Below are positions 39,201 through 52,273 of a DNA stretch of 64,000 bases, one piece after another. Both the position numbers and the translations under genes were made by a program. The notes beneath the pieces are model-generated. The model was not told the origin of the DNA. It searched no databases and saw only the letters and a program-made list of their open reading frames with translations. The stretch comes from Oikopleura dioica (taxonomy: Eukaryota; Animalia; Chordata), in assembly GCA_907165135.1 (NCBI GenBank), contig OU015566.1:11780001-11844000 (forward strand). The letters run 5' to 3'. Position 1 is the stretch's first letter. Each line of letters opens with the position of its first letter.

Positions 39201-39728
39201 GAAGCAGCGCGAGCGATGAATGGCTTTCTGCACATATCTGGGACGGAGACATGTCAAGAAGCTTTGGTCAAGAATTCTTATTGAGTGAAAATGACTCAGA
39301 AGATTCAAGATTAAGCTTCAATCGAGGCAATTTTTGGATGTTTGTTCTTCAAGCTACTTCATATTGGGGTTCTAAATTTATTATTGGAAGGTAAGTTCTT
39401 ATTTTTTGTAGCCTTTTAATTAAATTTTAGTGAATATCCTGTTGGAGTTCCGAATCATTGGAATGGAAGAGGGTTCCATGTCGTTCGTCCAAACTGCATC
39501 GAAGGATGGAACACCATGAAAATAGTCCAAACATATGATGGTACTACTGATACATACACAAAATCTATCCACGCAAATGGAAAGGTTGAGTTCACTGCGA
39601 CATTTCCTGCTGCTGACTCTGAAATGTACGAGGGCGAACTAACCGTTGGAATCGGTCCCGGTCATCCTCGATGGAGCGCTCCAGTAAACACAATGATGAG
39701 GAACTTTTATTATCGAAAACTTGACTAA
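36294..39728 (+). CDS. Secreted Cys-rich modular protein: C-type-lectin-like, TIL-like and three tandem ~200-aa repeats
   Basis: TATA (ctataaaag) at ~36269; signal peptide; AKAECLNEGGWL; TIL-like CPTGQV...CSSPC...CGCPEGY...CVAINEC; three repeats each ending RNFYYRK. Confidence 0.8.
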
Positions 39729-39951
39729 ACTGAAGCAACCTTTTGAATTCTTTATTTTTCTGTCTTTTTTACCTTATAATCACTTCTTTCTGTCAATCAA
39801 ATATATTCGGAAATAAATAATTATAAATTTAATTTTTGTAACCTTGAGAACTCTTCAGACTCAAGTTTGAGTTATTTTTTGGGATTTTATTTCAGAATTT
39901 GGATGATAACAACGATTGGCAAATAGAATGTTTCTAAAATAAACTGATTGT

Positions 39952-40686
39952 TCAGAACTTGACGCTCATCTTGTACTCGATGGTTTTGAGATCCATTGTC
40001 TTGAGAAAATCGTCCATTTCCACAGAGGGCATTTCGTTTGGTGAATATCGAGATTCGTCGTTGACGCTTTCGTAGACCACTCTTTTGGCGATCTTTAGTA
40101 GTTTATTATTGGCAGTTTGAATTCGTGTTATACCTGTGCAAGTTGATCATCTCCGATATTTGATCCAACCATTTGCCTGAGAATTTTGAGCACTTCTTCC
40201 ATGGAAATCTTCCCATTTCCGTCCCCATCAAAGACCTCGAACATCAACTTTGCTTTGTGATACGCCGAGTTGAGATCATTTTCTTCAGTGTCAGGTCGGG
40301 TCGGTTGAAAGTGAGCCAGGACAAAACAGAAGCGGTCAAAAGAGCAGTGCTGTGGCCCATCAGGAGGTAGAAATAAGTCGATTATTCGTTCCGCGAGGGG
40401 ATTTAACGCGAACGCAGGGATTTTGGAGAGGTCCTCACGTGATAGATACCCTTAATTAGCTGTCAATTCAAGATGATAATATTGGGCTAAAGATAAAGGC
40501 TGGGTTAGGGAAAGATCGAGGGTAAGAACTGTCCATAGAAAAATAGAGTCATTATGAACCTTTTTTAGTCTTGTCTAAGTCAACAAATCTGTGCCACAGG
40601 GTTTTAATTTTCTGCACCGGCAATTTCGTATCCTTCTTTATCTGGTCAACATCTTCCACAGGTGGGGCCGAGTTGGAATTTCCCAT
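39952..40686 (-). CDS. Calcineurin B homologous protein (CHP-like EF-hand protein)
   Basis: MGNSNS myristoylation-type start; LWHRFVDLDK|GYLSREDLSKIPAFALNPLAERII; EF hand DGDGNGKISMEE; LRQMVGSNIGDDQL; ends KMSVKF*. Confidence 0.88.
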
Positions 40687-41290
40687 TTTCTCTCGCAGCT
40701 AGTAATAGTTTCTGAGAGCACTTGAGCTTTGTTGTCCCACAGAAATTTTGCTTGTTTTATTGGCTTTTTTATTTGCAGAAATCGCTGTCCATGCGTGATT
40801 TATGAGAAATTTCTTTTGAATGAGCTTTTTAATCAAATAAAATTTATCATAAAATTTGTAAAAAAAAATCTGAAAATGAAAGGCTTCCTAAGAAAAAAAT
40901 GATTCTAGCTCTTTCCTGAATATTCTCTTCCTTGATTTTTGGGAGGAAATTCTCTGTCTCTTATTTTTTTGCCAGCTTATTTTTTCAAGTATCGATCTGC
41001 GAGTCTTTTTGCTCACAATCGCGAGACGGTTTTAAATTCCTCTCAGCGCCCCAATTTATTTTCCCGCGTGCTTATCGATGCCAGTCACGGTATATAAAAA
41101 CAAGGGATGATAAGTTTTACTGCCGCGCTTATGACTCTCTTCAGTCTTATTTTGAACGCTTTATGATCTTGAAGCAAGTCGTAAAACAACGTTTTCGGAA
41201 ATTTCGACAATCAAATTTGTCTCATTTGAGTTTTTTTAATAGCATCTTGTTTTTGGCAGTTCAAAATATTTTTATACAGTTTAACTTGTT

Positions 41291-43269
41291 TTACGCAAGA
41301 TTAAGTCTCTTCTGCACCTCAAGCATCACTTCCGAAATGCGGTCTAAACAAGCATAAAACCAGAAGCTCCTTCTATGTCATTTTTACCGAGATATTCTTC
41401 ATATCCATTTAGTTGAATTAAATCTTGCGCTTTTGAGCCCAGGTTTTGCATCGTCTGAGCCATCAATTTTCCGTGAAAAACAAGCGTGTCAGGAGTATAT
41501 TCCAGAGCGATATTAATTGTCCTCTCAGCCGATTCTTGGCCAGTTTTGAAGCCTTGTTTCAAAGCATCGGCAATTTCCGGGTGGTCGCGAACTAGAGCTA
41601 AAATGGAGAAAGAAGATGTTTTGGAAGCTCTTTTTACCTCGGCTGAGCTCCGGCCAGAAAATGATGAGCGACGAAATACATACAATCAGCATGTACAAAA
41701 GCATCGAGCAAATAATTGAGGATTCTTTTTCGTACGTGACATTTTGAGCGTTAACAACTAAATCTTCCATCTTTAGTTCCTCCTCATTTGCCTCGTTGTC
41801 CTCCATGTCTTCTTCTTTTTCGTCGTTTATGCTCTTTTCCAGCATCAAAATGGTCAACTTTTCCTCGAGCGCGTAGTTTCTGTCAGTAAGTTCGGAAATT
41901 TCTCGTTGTTTTGCGCAAACTTGCTCTTCCAGCTCGATTTTCTCAAGTTGAGTTGTCATGTCAGCATCTTCAAGCTTGGCGATTTTTTCGTTGAGAGAAA
42001 ACAGCTCCTCTTCTTTTCGAATTTCAAAGTCTTCAAAGCTCGACACTTTATCCTTGAGCAATGCAAGTTCTGCCTTCAATATTTCATCGGTTTCTTTATC
42101 TTCGTCTTTCGTTGATCTGAGGTTGCCGATTTCTTCTTTCAGCTTCTCATTTTCTGGCAAAAGTTCTTTGAGATCCTCGGCACTTTCAGAGCCAGTTGAG
42201 ATGTTGTGAATTTCAGATCGAAGCGCTTCAATCTCTCTTTCGAGTTTTTCATTTTCAACTCTAAGTGTGTTGTCTTCTAACACTTGATTGTTGTTTTTCA
42301 AGTCTTCAAGTTCTTTGAAGAGTTTCTCATTCTGTTCTTTTAGCTCATCGTTTTCATCTGATAATCTAAAAAATCGTGTTATATTAAGACAGATAAATGG
42401 AGAATAAACCGGTCGACTCGTTCTTGTCCATTTTCGAGCTCCTCGTTCTGCGAATTCTGAAGATCTTCGATCGCCATGTTCAATTTCTTTATCTCAGAGT
42501 CATGCGATTGTTCTCTATCATGCAATTTTTCTTCAAACGAACTAAGAAGCTTTTCTTCCAACTCTTGAAACTTGCTTCTTTCTTCCTCCAAATTCTTTTT
42601 GTGGATCACCTCGTCCCTCAGAAAGTTCTTGATTTTCTCGTCTTGGAGATTGATGAATTTTGTTTTTTCTTCAACGATTTTTTCTAGCGCTGTTATTTCG
42701 TCAGAATGATCGGACTTTAGCTTGAGGATTTCTTCGGTAAAACTAGCATGTGCATCTTTTAGCTGCTCTTTGATTGAATCAAGGCCTTGCTCGGTCATTT
42801 CTTTTTCCAACTTTGCAATTTCTTCCCTATTAAAAATTTTAGATTCGTAGCGACATTCAACAGGTTTTCTAAAAGGACTTACTTCATATTTTTGTTTTCT
42901 TCTAACTGCGCTTTTGCATCCTTTTCGTATTCTTGCAACAGTTTTTTCATATCGTTGTATTTGTCGAGGTCTGACTGGATTTTATCGCGGCAGGATGAGA
43001 CTGATTCTAGCAGCTTTCTTCGCTCTGATACCATTTCTTCTTTCCCATCTAAATAAGTTCCGACAGGTTCTTCTTGCTCGATCACATCTGCCAGTTCGTC
43101 AAGTGTATCCTCTAAATTGACCGTTTTTTATCAAAAAAGTGGTAAAAAACTAACCAAAAAGCGAGACATAATGCTCCTGCATTTCCAAAAGCACCGAGTT
43201 CGACGCTTCCAATTTCTCATCAAGCTCCGCAATCGTGCCACTAATTTCATTAATAACCACGTGATCCAT
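41291..43269 (-). CDS. Acidic coiled-coil protein with a TM segment near the C-terminus
   Basis: E/K/L heptad-rich exons; TM IICSMLLYMLIVCISSLIIFW; ends VQKRLNLA*. Start uncertain. Confidence 0.7.
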
Positions 43270-43555
43270 CTCTAGCATTTAAAATCTCTCCCGTTCATCA
43301 TCAAAATTCCCCATAATCGCTCTCACGCAATAAAATCAAATTTTAAAAACACGAAGTCAAGGTACTAAAGATGCCCAAAAACAATAAAAAAAATCGATTC
43401 ATGGCGCGACAGAATGACTCAATTATCAGGCCCTTCGATTGGGAAAAAAGAAAAGGCACTTGATATTTCGTCAGAAACAATTGAGAGCTCAGGTTGATAA
43501 TGAATTAGATTTTGAAAACTTGATGTTCCCACCCCCAACTCTTAATTTCCAGGGC

Positions 43556-44627
43556 TTACCGGGCTTGGTCAAGGTCACTGTTTAGCTCGTCAATCTTTTT
43601 CTTCGCCGCGGCTTTCTGTTCTTCTGAGGATTTTCGGTGCTTCTCGATTTCTTCGTTGAAATCCTGGTGAAAAAAATTGAAATCAAGGAAGAGGATTAGA
43701 GACGAAGGAAAAAAACTGACCTGGCATTCGAAAGCAAGTCTGGTCGCCGTGTGATCCATAATCTCGAAGCACTTTCGTTTGACGCTAGAAGCCGCGCCGG
43801 GCGAGTAGCTGCAGACTAGCGCAGCGATTGTCACCCGCCGCGTGCGACTGGCAACAAAATCTGAAGGCAGAAGTTGGCGATAAGCGCCAAGAAAGAGAGA
43901 TCTCGTTGTTGACCCCGGTTGACCCCGCTTTGTATCATGTTTTGATTTACCCTACCTAAGAGCATGGCTCGTTGACGCCCAAAGCCCCAGGAGTACGTGA
44001 ACTTTGTTTCAACGTCGAAGCTAAAAGATATTTCTTCAAGCACCAAATTTTTCTGTACCTCATGACTTCTCCTTCCTCATCGATGAATAAAATAATCGAG
44101 GTTGAGGTAAATTTTGGCGTCGCAGCTACTGAAATCTTGTTTCGAAACAATCCATAAGCCAGAAACTTGGACCCTTCCGGCTGCGGCTCCCAAGCTCCGA
44201 CTCGATGCTTCGTCGATTCTCCAATTTCCAATCGATGCTCACTGCCATCAACTTTCAGAAACGGACTTTTCAGGGTAGCTTCAATGTTGTTGACATCTTC
44301 GACGATGAGCTCATACTTTTTCCCAAGTTTTTCAAATGGCGTATTTTCTGTATTCATTTCTTTCAGCGTATCATGCAGGGAAACATCCTTAGGATCATCT
44401 TCATCGTCGTCATCTTGGAATAGTTCTTCGCACTCATCGACCTGGTATTCTAAGTTCTCGAGCTGTAGCCTCGCCTTTTCCAGCTTTTCAGAGAGCTCTC
44501 TGTACCCCTCTCCGTCTAGGTCGCTCGCCAACCCTGCCAATCTTTCTTCATAACTTTTGATTTTTATTTTGTATTCATCGAGCAATTTCTGCTTCTCTAC
44601 AAAAATAGAGCGAAAATCTATCGTCAT
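43556..44627 (-). CDS. Uncharacterised coiled-coil protein (may be joined to the downstream gene)
   Basis: 223-aa ORF with an N-terminal coiled coil, plus further exons to DELNSDLDQAR. Confidence 0.55.
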
Positions 44628-45586
44628 GTTTTCAACCGATAATGTTCTGCGCCGGATAACAAATGAGGCAATTTAAAAGCGGCGTTTACGATGAGCGCCA
44701 ATAGTAAAAAAAAACAGTGCACTCGGATTAACTTTGATTCCGGGCGCTTTTCAAATGTCAGAAGAATAATTCTTGAATTTTATATTTGAGGCGTTCAGAA
44801 TTCTACATTCTGTAATTGGCTTTGATGAAGATAATTTCAGAAAATAAAAGTAGATAAGTTTCAGGATGTGTAGGCATTTATATGCATGGATAAGCGGCTC
44901 CTGATGTGTTTCTAATTCCATCGATTTCAGCGCCCAAGTCAGTCGAGAAAAGAGTTTCAGAGATGGAGGATGACAATGTTTACAGTAGCAGGAGAGTTTT
45001 AGAGAATTTTTACGTGAAAGAAAATTTGATTTTTTATGAACTCAAAAAAGGACTTCGAATGTGTTTGGAATTGTTTTTCTTCTGTCCATTTTGATAACAT
45101 TTATTTGCTTTATTGGTTTCATAAGGTATCAAATAATTCATTTTTGTCAACTTCAAATAAGAAAAATTCAGAATCTACATAAAGCTCGTCATTTCCACAT
45201 TGAATCAGCCTAAGAGACCCTGCACAGCTAGGTTCGATAACTAGAGCAAGCAATAATTTCAATTCATTTGCAGTAGCATGTATCAATCTCGACGGGCAAG
45301 CACTGTTCCAGTTTCTCCCGTTTTTGGATCTCGTGACGGCTCCTTGAGGAACTCAATCCGACGAGAAAAAACGATCTCGAAGACTTCCGAATGCTCGGTT
45401 GATTTTGACAGGACTCGACTCGCGCCTATTTTATCTAATACTGCATAGAATTAAACGACTAACATTGGTAAGATAAAAGATCTTGCATGAATTGATTTGA
45501 ATAAGTTGATTATGCTCGACCCTGAAAAATAACTGTATTTCAATTGAAACAAATTCATTAAAATAATTTATTGTGTTCGTTCGTAT

Positions 45587-48500
45587 TTAGTAACCAGAGG
45601 TCTTAGATCGCATCTTGGAAAGAGTAGACTCGGCCATATCAGCTCGCTCTTCAGCCTCGTCGAGCTCGTGCTGGAGCTTTCGGTATCGGGACATGTTCTG
45701 AGTGGCGGCTTCTTCCTGCTCCTCGGCCATTCGCTTGAACTGCTTGACCTTGAGCTGGAGCTTATCGGCCTGGTCCTGGAGTCGAGAAAGGTTCTTTTTA
45801 TCCTCCTCACCGGCGTAGACGGTCTCCTTGACCTTTCGCTCCATCTTTCGGACAGCCTTCTGAGACTCAACACCTCGTCGTCGTTCGTTGTCGAGCTCGG
45901 ATTCGAGTTCTCGGAGTCGGCCTTCGAGCTTCTGGACGTGCTTCTTACCACCCTTGAGAGCAACTTGTTCGGCATCGTCCAATCGAGCCTGGAGTTCCTT
46001 GAGCTGGACTTCCTGGTTCTTCTTCATTCGCTCAAGATGAGCGGAAGCATCCTGCTCCTTCTTAAGGTCTTCAGCCATGATAGAGGCATCAAGGATGGAC
46101 TTCTTGGCCTTATCTTCGGCGTTCTTGGCTTCCTGGATAGCTTCCTCGACTTCATTAGCGACAGCGAGGAGCTCCTGCTCGAGCTTTCGCTTCTGGTTGG
46201 CGAGGGCGGTGTTCTGGGTGTGGAGAAGGTTAGCGCGCTCGTTGGCTTCCATGAGCTCCTGCTCGGCAGCCTTTCGGCCTTTTTCGGCCTGCTCAACAGC
46301 AGATCGGAGTTCATCGATCTCAGCCTGGAGAAGGTTGACTCGTCGGTCGGTGACAGCGGTCTGCTCCTTGACTTCGTCGAAGATTCGGTCGGACTCGTCA
46401 AGAGCCATCTGAGCATCCTTGATCTGGCCCATGATGTCCTTGTTCTGTCGCTGAGCATCGTTCAATTGTCGGTTAGCGTGAGCGAGTTGAATCTCTATAT
46501 CAGAGATATCTCCCTCGAGCTTCTTCTTGATTCGAACAGCCTCGGATCGAGATCGGATCTCAGAATCAAGCTGAGACTGGATAGATTCAACAGTTCGGCT
46601 AGCATTGCGTCGGTTGTTGTCCATTTCTTCGTCTTTCTCCTGAAGTCGTCGGTCAGACTCGTTCTTGATCTGCTGGAGTTCGACGGTGATTCGAAGAGTC
46701 TTTGCTTCTTCAGACTCGACAGCAGCTTCAGTTTCTTCAAGAGAAGCAGCGAGCTCGTTTCGCTCAACTTCGATGTTTCGCTTGGCTTTCTCGAGCTCGG
46801 AGATGGATTTGGCTCCTTCGGCGACCTGGTCGGTAAGGTCAGCGATTTCTTCCTGGACCTGTTTGTTCTCTCGCTTGGCAGATTCGAGGGCATCGACGGC
46901 TTCTTCGTAAGCGTTTCGCATCTTGAAAACTTCGTTTGAAGCTTCTCGGGAGTCCTTCTGGGCCTTTTCAAGCTCAGCGTTGATCTCATCCTGCTTAACT
47001 TTGTTCTCCTCGAGAATCTTGTCGAATGATCGCTGTTTCTTCTCAAGAGCAGAAGCAGCGGCGTTGGCTCGCTCAAGTTCGACGGTCAAGTCTTCGATCT
47101 CAGACTGGAGTCGACCCTTGGATTTCTCAAGAGAAGAGCACTTGGCAAGAGCAGCTTCGACGGACTCTTCAGCCTCGGAGAGTCGACCAGAGAGCTTTTT
47201 CTTAGCATCCTCAAGTTCCTCAGTTCGCTGGATGGCATCAGTCTCGTACTTGGTTCGCCACTGGGCGGACTCAGAGTTGGACTTGGAAAGCTGTCGCTGG
47301 AGCTCGTTCTTGGCCTCGACTTCTTCGTCGTATTGTTCTCGGAGGAGCTCGTGGTCGTGCTTGGCAGCTTGGACCTGGTGGACAAGAGCATTCTTTCCCT
47401 TGACTTCCTCATCAAGAGATCGTCGGAGCTCATCGTTAGCCTGAGAGACAGAGTTCTTTTGTCGAGTGAGCTGAGAGTTGATCTGCTCTTTCTCCTCAAA
47501 GGTTCGTCGGAGCTCATTGAACTCAGTAGTCAATCGAGCCTTAGTGGCAGCAGAGTCAGAGATGTTCTTTTCTTGTTCTTCGAACTTCATCTTCAAATCA
47601 GCGTACTGATCTTCAAGCTGTCGGCAAGATTTCTCGTAAGTAGTCTTTGCCTTAGTGAGGGACTCAACGTTGGAGATGAGATCATCAGCCTCCATCTTCA
47701 ACTCAGACTTTTCTTTTTCGAGCTTAGTCTTGACTCGCTGAAGATTGTCAATGGTTTCAGTGAGCTCAGAAGAAGAATCAGCGTGTTTCTTTCGCATGGT
47801 AGAAAGAGTCGACTCGTGGGCAATGTTGTGCTCCTCAAGATCTCGCTGGAGCTTGGCGAGCTCAGCTTCTCGTCGCTTGTTGACTTCGATTTGGCTCTGA
47901 GTCTGAGCGTTTGCCTCTTCAAGTCGCTCGGAAAGTTCCTCGAGTTCTCGAGAAAGGTCAGATCGGGACTTCTCAGATTTGGCCTTGGCAGCTCGTTCGG
48001 CCTCAAGCTCCTCCTCGAGTTCCTCGATTCGGGCCATGAGTTCCTTGATCTTCTTCTGGAGCTGAGCAACAAGAGCCTGCTCATCTTCGAATCGAGTGGA
48101 AAGCTGGTTGTATTCAAATTCAGCCTTCTTAAGTTTTTCCTCGAGTCGTTGCTTGTCGTTCTCAAGATCCATGATGGTTTCCTGGTTGAGTCGGAGATCG
48201 CCCTCGAGCTTTCGCTTCAATCGCTCAAGATCCAATCGAGATCGCTTTTCAGTCTCGACGGATTGTTCTAGGTCATCAACTTGCTGCTCGAGCTTGTTCT
48301 TGGCTTTGGAAAGAGAGTTAACCTTGTCTTCTTCGGCCTGGAGATCATCAAGAGCCTGCTGGTGAGCTTCCTGGAGGGCTTTCTTCTCCTTCTGAAGCTT
48401 AGCAATAGTATCTTCAAGAGCAGAAAGCTCGTCAGTCTTGGTTCGAACATCGGTCTCGACGGTGGCCTTCTCTTTTTCGACCTTGGCAAGGGTTCCTTCG

Positions 48501-51481
48501 AGATCATCAATGTCCTTTCGGAGCTCCTTGCATTCAGTGTCAAGCTTTCGTCGCTTGTTCTGGAGGTCGACGTTGATTTCCTCTTCATCTTCAAGTCGCT
48601 CGTTGAGTTCTTTGATCTTGCCATCAAGATCAATCTTGGACTTCATGAGGGATTCGTATCGATCTTCAGCATCTTGAAGGGCGTCGGTCTCGCCAGCGAA
48701 CTCGGAAATAAGCTTGTTCTTGAGCTGGATAAACTTGGAGTACTCCTGCTCGAGCTGCTTTCGTCGTTTAGATTCGACTTCGAGTTCCTTCTTCATCTCT
48801 TCGTACTCCTTGAGGAGCTCGTCGAACTCAGCCTTCTTCTCAGCAGTGTTGAGGAGTGGTCGGATCTTGAAGAGGAGTTTCTGCCACTCCCAATCCTTCA
48901 AGGTGATGTAAGCTCTCCAGTTGGACTGAATAACGACGGCACCATCTCGCTCCTTAATGGTCTTGAGGAAAGCCTCTCTAGAGAGGTTGAATCGCATGCG
49001 AGTCTGCAACTTGGTGAGAATCTCAGCAATTCGCTCATCTCGAAGATCCTCGAGAGCACCAATGATACCAGCCTTGAAAAACAGCTTGGTGTGACCGAAT
49101 CGGTACACTGCAGGGTCGAGCTGGGTGATACCGGTAAGGATCTTTTCGCAAGCTTTCTTGGGATCGATGAAGCCAGCCTTGGGGACAGCGTTGGGGTTGA
49201 GGATACAGTATCGCTGTTTCCAGTCAGCGTACTCGACTCGGGATGGGAAACCCTTTCGGCAAATACGGATACCTTCCAAGACACCGTTACATCGGAGCTG
49301 GTGAAGGACAAGGTTGTTGTCCATGAAACCGGGTTTCTTCTGTTCGTTAGGAATAATACATCGAACGAAGTGGGGCTGAGTAGCGTGGAGATTAGTCATC
49401 AATCGGAGGAGGGACTCTCTGTGGAGGGCAGAGACGGTCTGGAAGGAACCACCCTTCTGTCGCTTACCGCCCTTCTTTCCGCCACCCTTTGGTGCATCAT
49501 CAGGGGAGACGTAAGACTCCCAAATCTTCTTGCAGACTTCGAGGGTAGAGTTCTTGAAGAGAGCAACGAGAGAGTTGTTGAGAGGATCCTTGTTCTTAAG
49601 GAGCCAATCAGTAACGTTGTAAGCGACGGTACCGGCGTAGTGGTAGATTTCGAAGTGAGCTTCGAATTTACCCTGCTTCTTGACCTTGCCGAGGGACTTG
49701 GTCTTACCCAAATGCTGCTGGAAAAGCTTGTCTCGGTAAGTCATATCAGTAGCCTTAGGGACGATGCACTCTTCTTCGAGAAGGGACATAATACCAAGAG
49801 GCTTCTCGATAAGCTCGATAGTGTTTTGGAGATCCATACCGAAATCGATGAACTCCCAGTCAATACCTTCTCGCTTGTATTCTTCCTGCTCGAGGATGAA
49901 CATGTGGTGGTTGAAAAACTGCTGGAGTCGCTCATTGGTATAGTTGATGCAAAGCTGCTCGAAAGTGTTGAACTCGAAAATTTCAAAACCAGCGATATCG
50001 AGGATACCAATGAAGTTGTTTCGTGGGAGATCAGTGGAGAGGGCTCGGTTGACAACAGCGACGAGCCATTCAAAGAGTCTGTTGAAGGAGGCCTTGACAA
50101 CAGCACCAATGGCGTAGTATACCTGCTCGACGGTCTGACCCTTGACGACGTATTCGGAACCGACCTTGACCTTGGGTGTGCAGACGGCTTTTGTCCATTC
50201 CGCAGAGTTAATTCCCAAAAGGTAGGCAATTTTATCGGGAGCTTCAGTTCCATCGGGCTCAGCCTGTTCTTCTCGGGGCTTGTTCTTGAACACAGCGTTA
50301 CCAGAGTGCATAAGGGAGGCAGTGATCTTGTAGACACCAGCCTTTTCATCCTCAGTGAAACCAAGAATGTCGAAGGACTCATCAGTGGCATCGAGTTCTT
50401 CATTATCATCAATGGACTTGACCTTGATCTCACCAAGAGAGCACCATTTGTAATCATAAGGATCAGTGGAGATCATGCACATCTCGTTAATATGGGGCTT
50501 GTGACCAGTGAGCATCTGGTAGAAGATATGGAAGCATCGCTCGGCCTTGAGCTGGAAGGTGACTCGAGACTTTTCCAAAAGGTATGTATCGATATCACCG
50601 GAAGCGAGCTTACCAGTGACCTGGAAGTGAATTCGGATGAATTTACCGAATCGAGAGGAGTTATCGTTACGGATGGTCTTGGCATTACCGAAAGCTTCCA
50701 TAGCAGGGTTGGCAGCGACAATCTGATCTTCAAGAGTTCCACCACCCTTGAGAGAGGGAGCCTCCTCGGTCTTTTTAGCGTTTTTGTCACCAAGGGCACA
50801 AACGACAGCGAAGTACTGGATGACTCGCTTCGTATTGACAGTCTTACCAGCTCCGGACTCACCAGTGATAAGCATAGACTGGTTCTCGCAGTTTCGGAGC
50901 ATATCTTGGTAAGCGTTATCGGAAACGGAGTAGACGTGGGGAGGCATCTCAGTTCGTCGCTTGTTGTAGTAGCAGAGGACAACGTGGTTGTCGTACACGG
51001 GAAGCCACTTGTAAGGGTTGACGGTGACGCAGAAAAGACCTAAGAAACCATTACTTGCTGAAATAACGCAAGAATAACTTACCAGAATAGGTGTAGATGA
51101 GGAACAGCTTGTATCGAGAGTTCAAGTTGTGGACGACGGCAGCTTCAGACAAGTAAGTCATGTTGGCCATATCTTCCAAGAGCTCGTACTTGGGAGGGTT
51201 TTGGGGCTCGACATCTTCCGGCTTGTAAAGCTTGACTTTTCCGTCAGGCTCTCGCTCGACTTCGATCTTACCGTCTTTTTCTCCGAGCTTTTTACCCTGC
51301 AAAGAGATTGAATAATCGTTGTTGAAGTCAGTTTTACCTTGGTGTAACCAGTGTCGGAGTAAGGAACCCAGACGGCGGTTTTACCCTCGAATGGAGCATT
51401 TCGGATATCAATCAGCTGGATATTTGGCAATCGAAGGTAGATCGCGGCATTGCCAGCGGCCTCGGGGTCCCAAAGCGCCAT
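45587..51481 (-). CDS. Striated-muscle-type myosin II heavy chain
   Basis: GESGAGKT P-loop, [34 protein letters not shown] and a long coiled-coil rod; coding exons ~51481-51338, ~51297-51082, ~51039-45587. Confidence 0.98.
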
Positions 51482-52273
51482 GACTAAATTCAAAATCAAA
51501 AATCGGGTGCTATTAATGAATAATTTATCTCTCTTTTGGTTCCTACCTTTTGGTGGTCTGGTGCTTGCAGAACTGAGCAATTCAGGTCTCGGCCGGTCCT
51601 TTTACGCTGGGCAGCGAGGAGATCAACGGAAGACTTCAACAACTTTTGCAATTTCAACATTGTTCTTGACGCATCGCCAAGAGTTGCTCCCCTCCAGATA
51701 CTGTTGTTCGAATATTGCAACATCTTCACACTACCAATTTTCTGTGCTCAGTCGATTTATTCTTTCACAAATCTTGCTGGGTGAAAAATTTGAACACCCA
51801 TCCAAATGACCGACGAACTTCCGGTTTGTTTCGAAGTTTTAACAGGTTTGAGATGAAGTAAAAAAATTCACTGGCAAATTTGAGTTTTTTTTTAATTGAT
51901 TGGCTTCTCGAAATTGGCCATATTATTCTTATAAGGTCCATGAATGACCTTATATTTGTTAATTTTTTCTCCGACTAGAGTTATCTGCATTTATGTTAGT
52001 TAAAAATAGTACTTGGTGATTGTGATTGATGAGTACAGAGCGCATCCTCACGCTCAAGCCGTAACCAGCGTCTTAAAAACCTTACTTACCACCCCCTTAG
52101 CCGGGCGATAATGACGAGGTTACCAAGGCGAAAAGACGAAAATTGATTACCCTCACGATTATCCTCACACGACAACACCTTTTTTGGAGAGATGCTCATG
52201 CGGGGTACTCTTTTTTATTTCCTTCTTTTCATAAGATTTATAGGTTACTATTATTTATTAGGTTGCAGTACTT

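Noticed and set aside
45668-51043. Long plus-strand ORFs (920, 423, 312 aa) antisense to myosin
   Set aside because: Shadow ORFs produced by strong codon bias in the myosin gene; L/S/F-rich with no recognisable domain.
52084-52186. tacttacc resembling the U1 snRNA 5' end, with a downstream T-run
   Set aside because: The following sequence does not match U1 stem-loops, the loop motifs or an Sm site.
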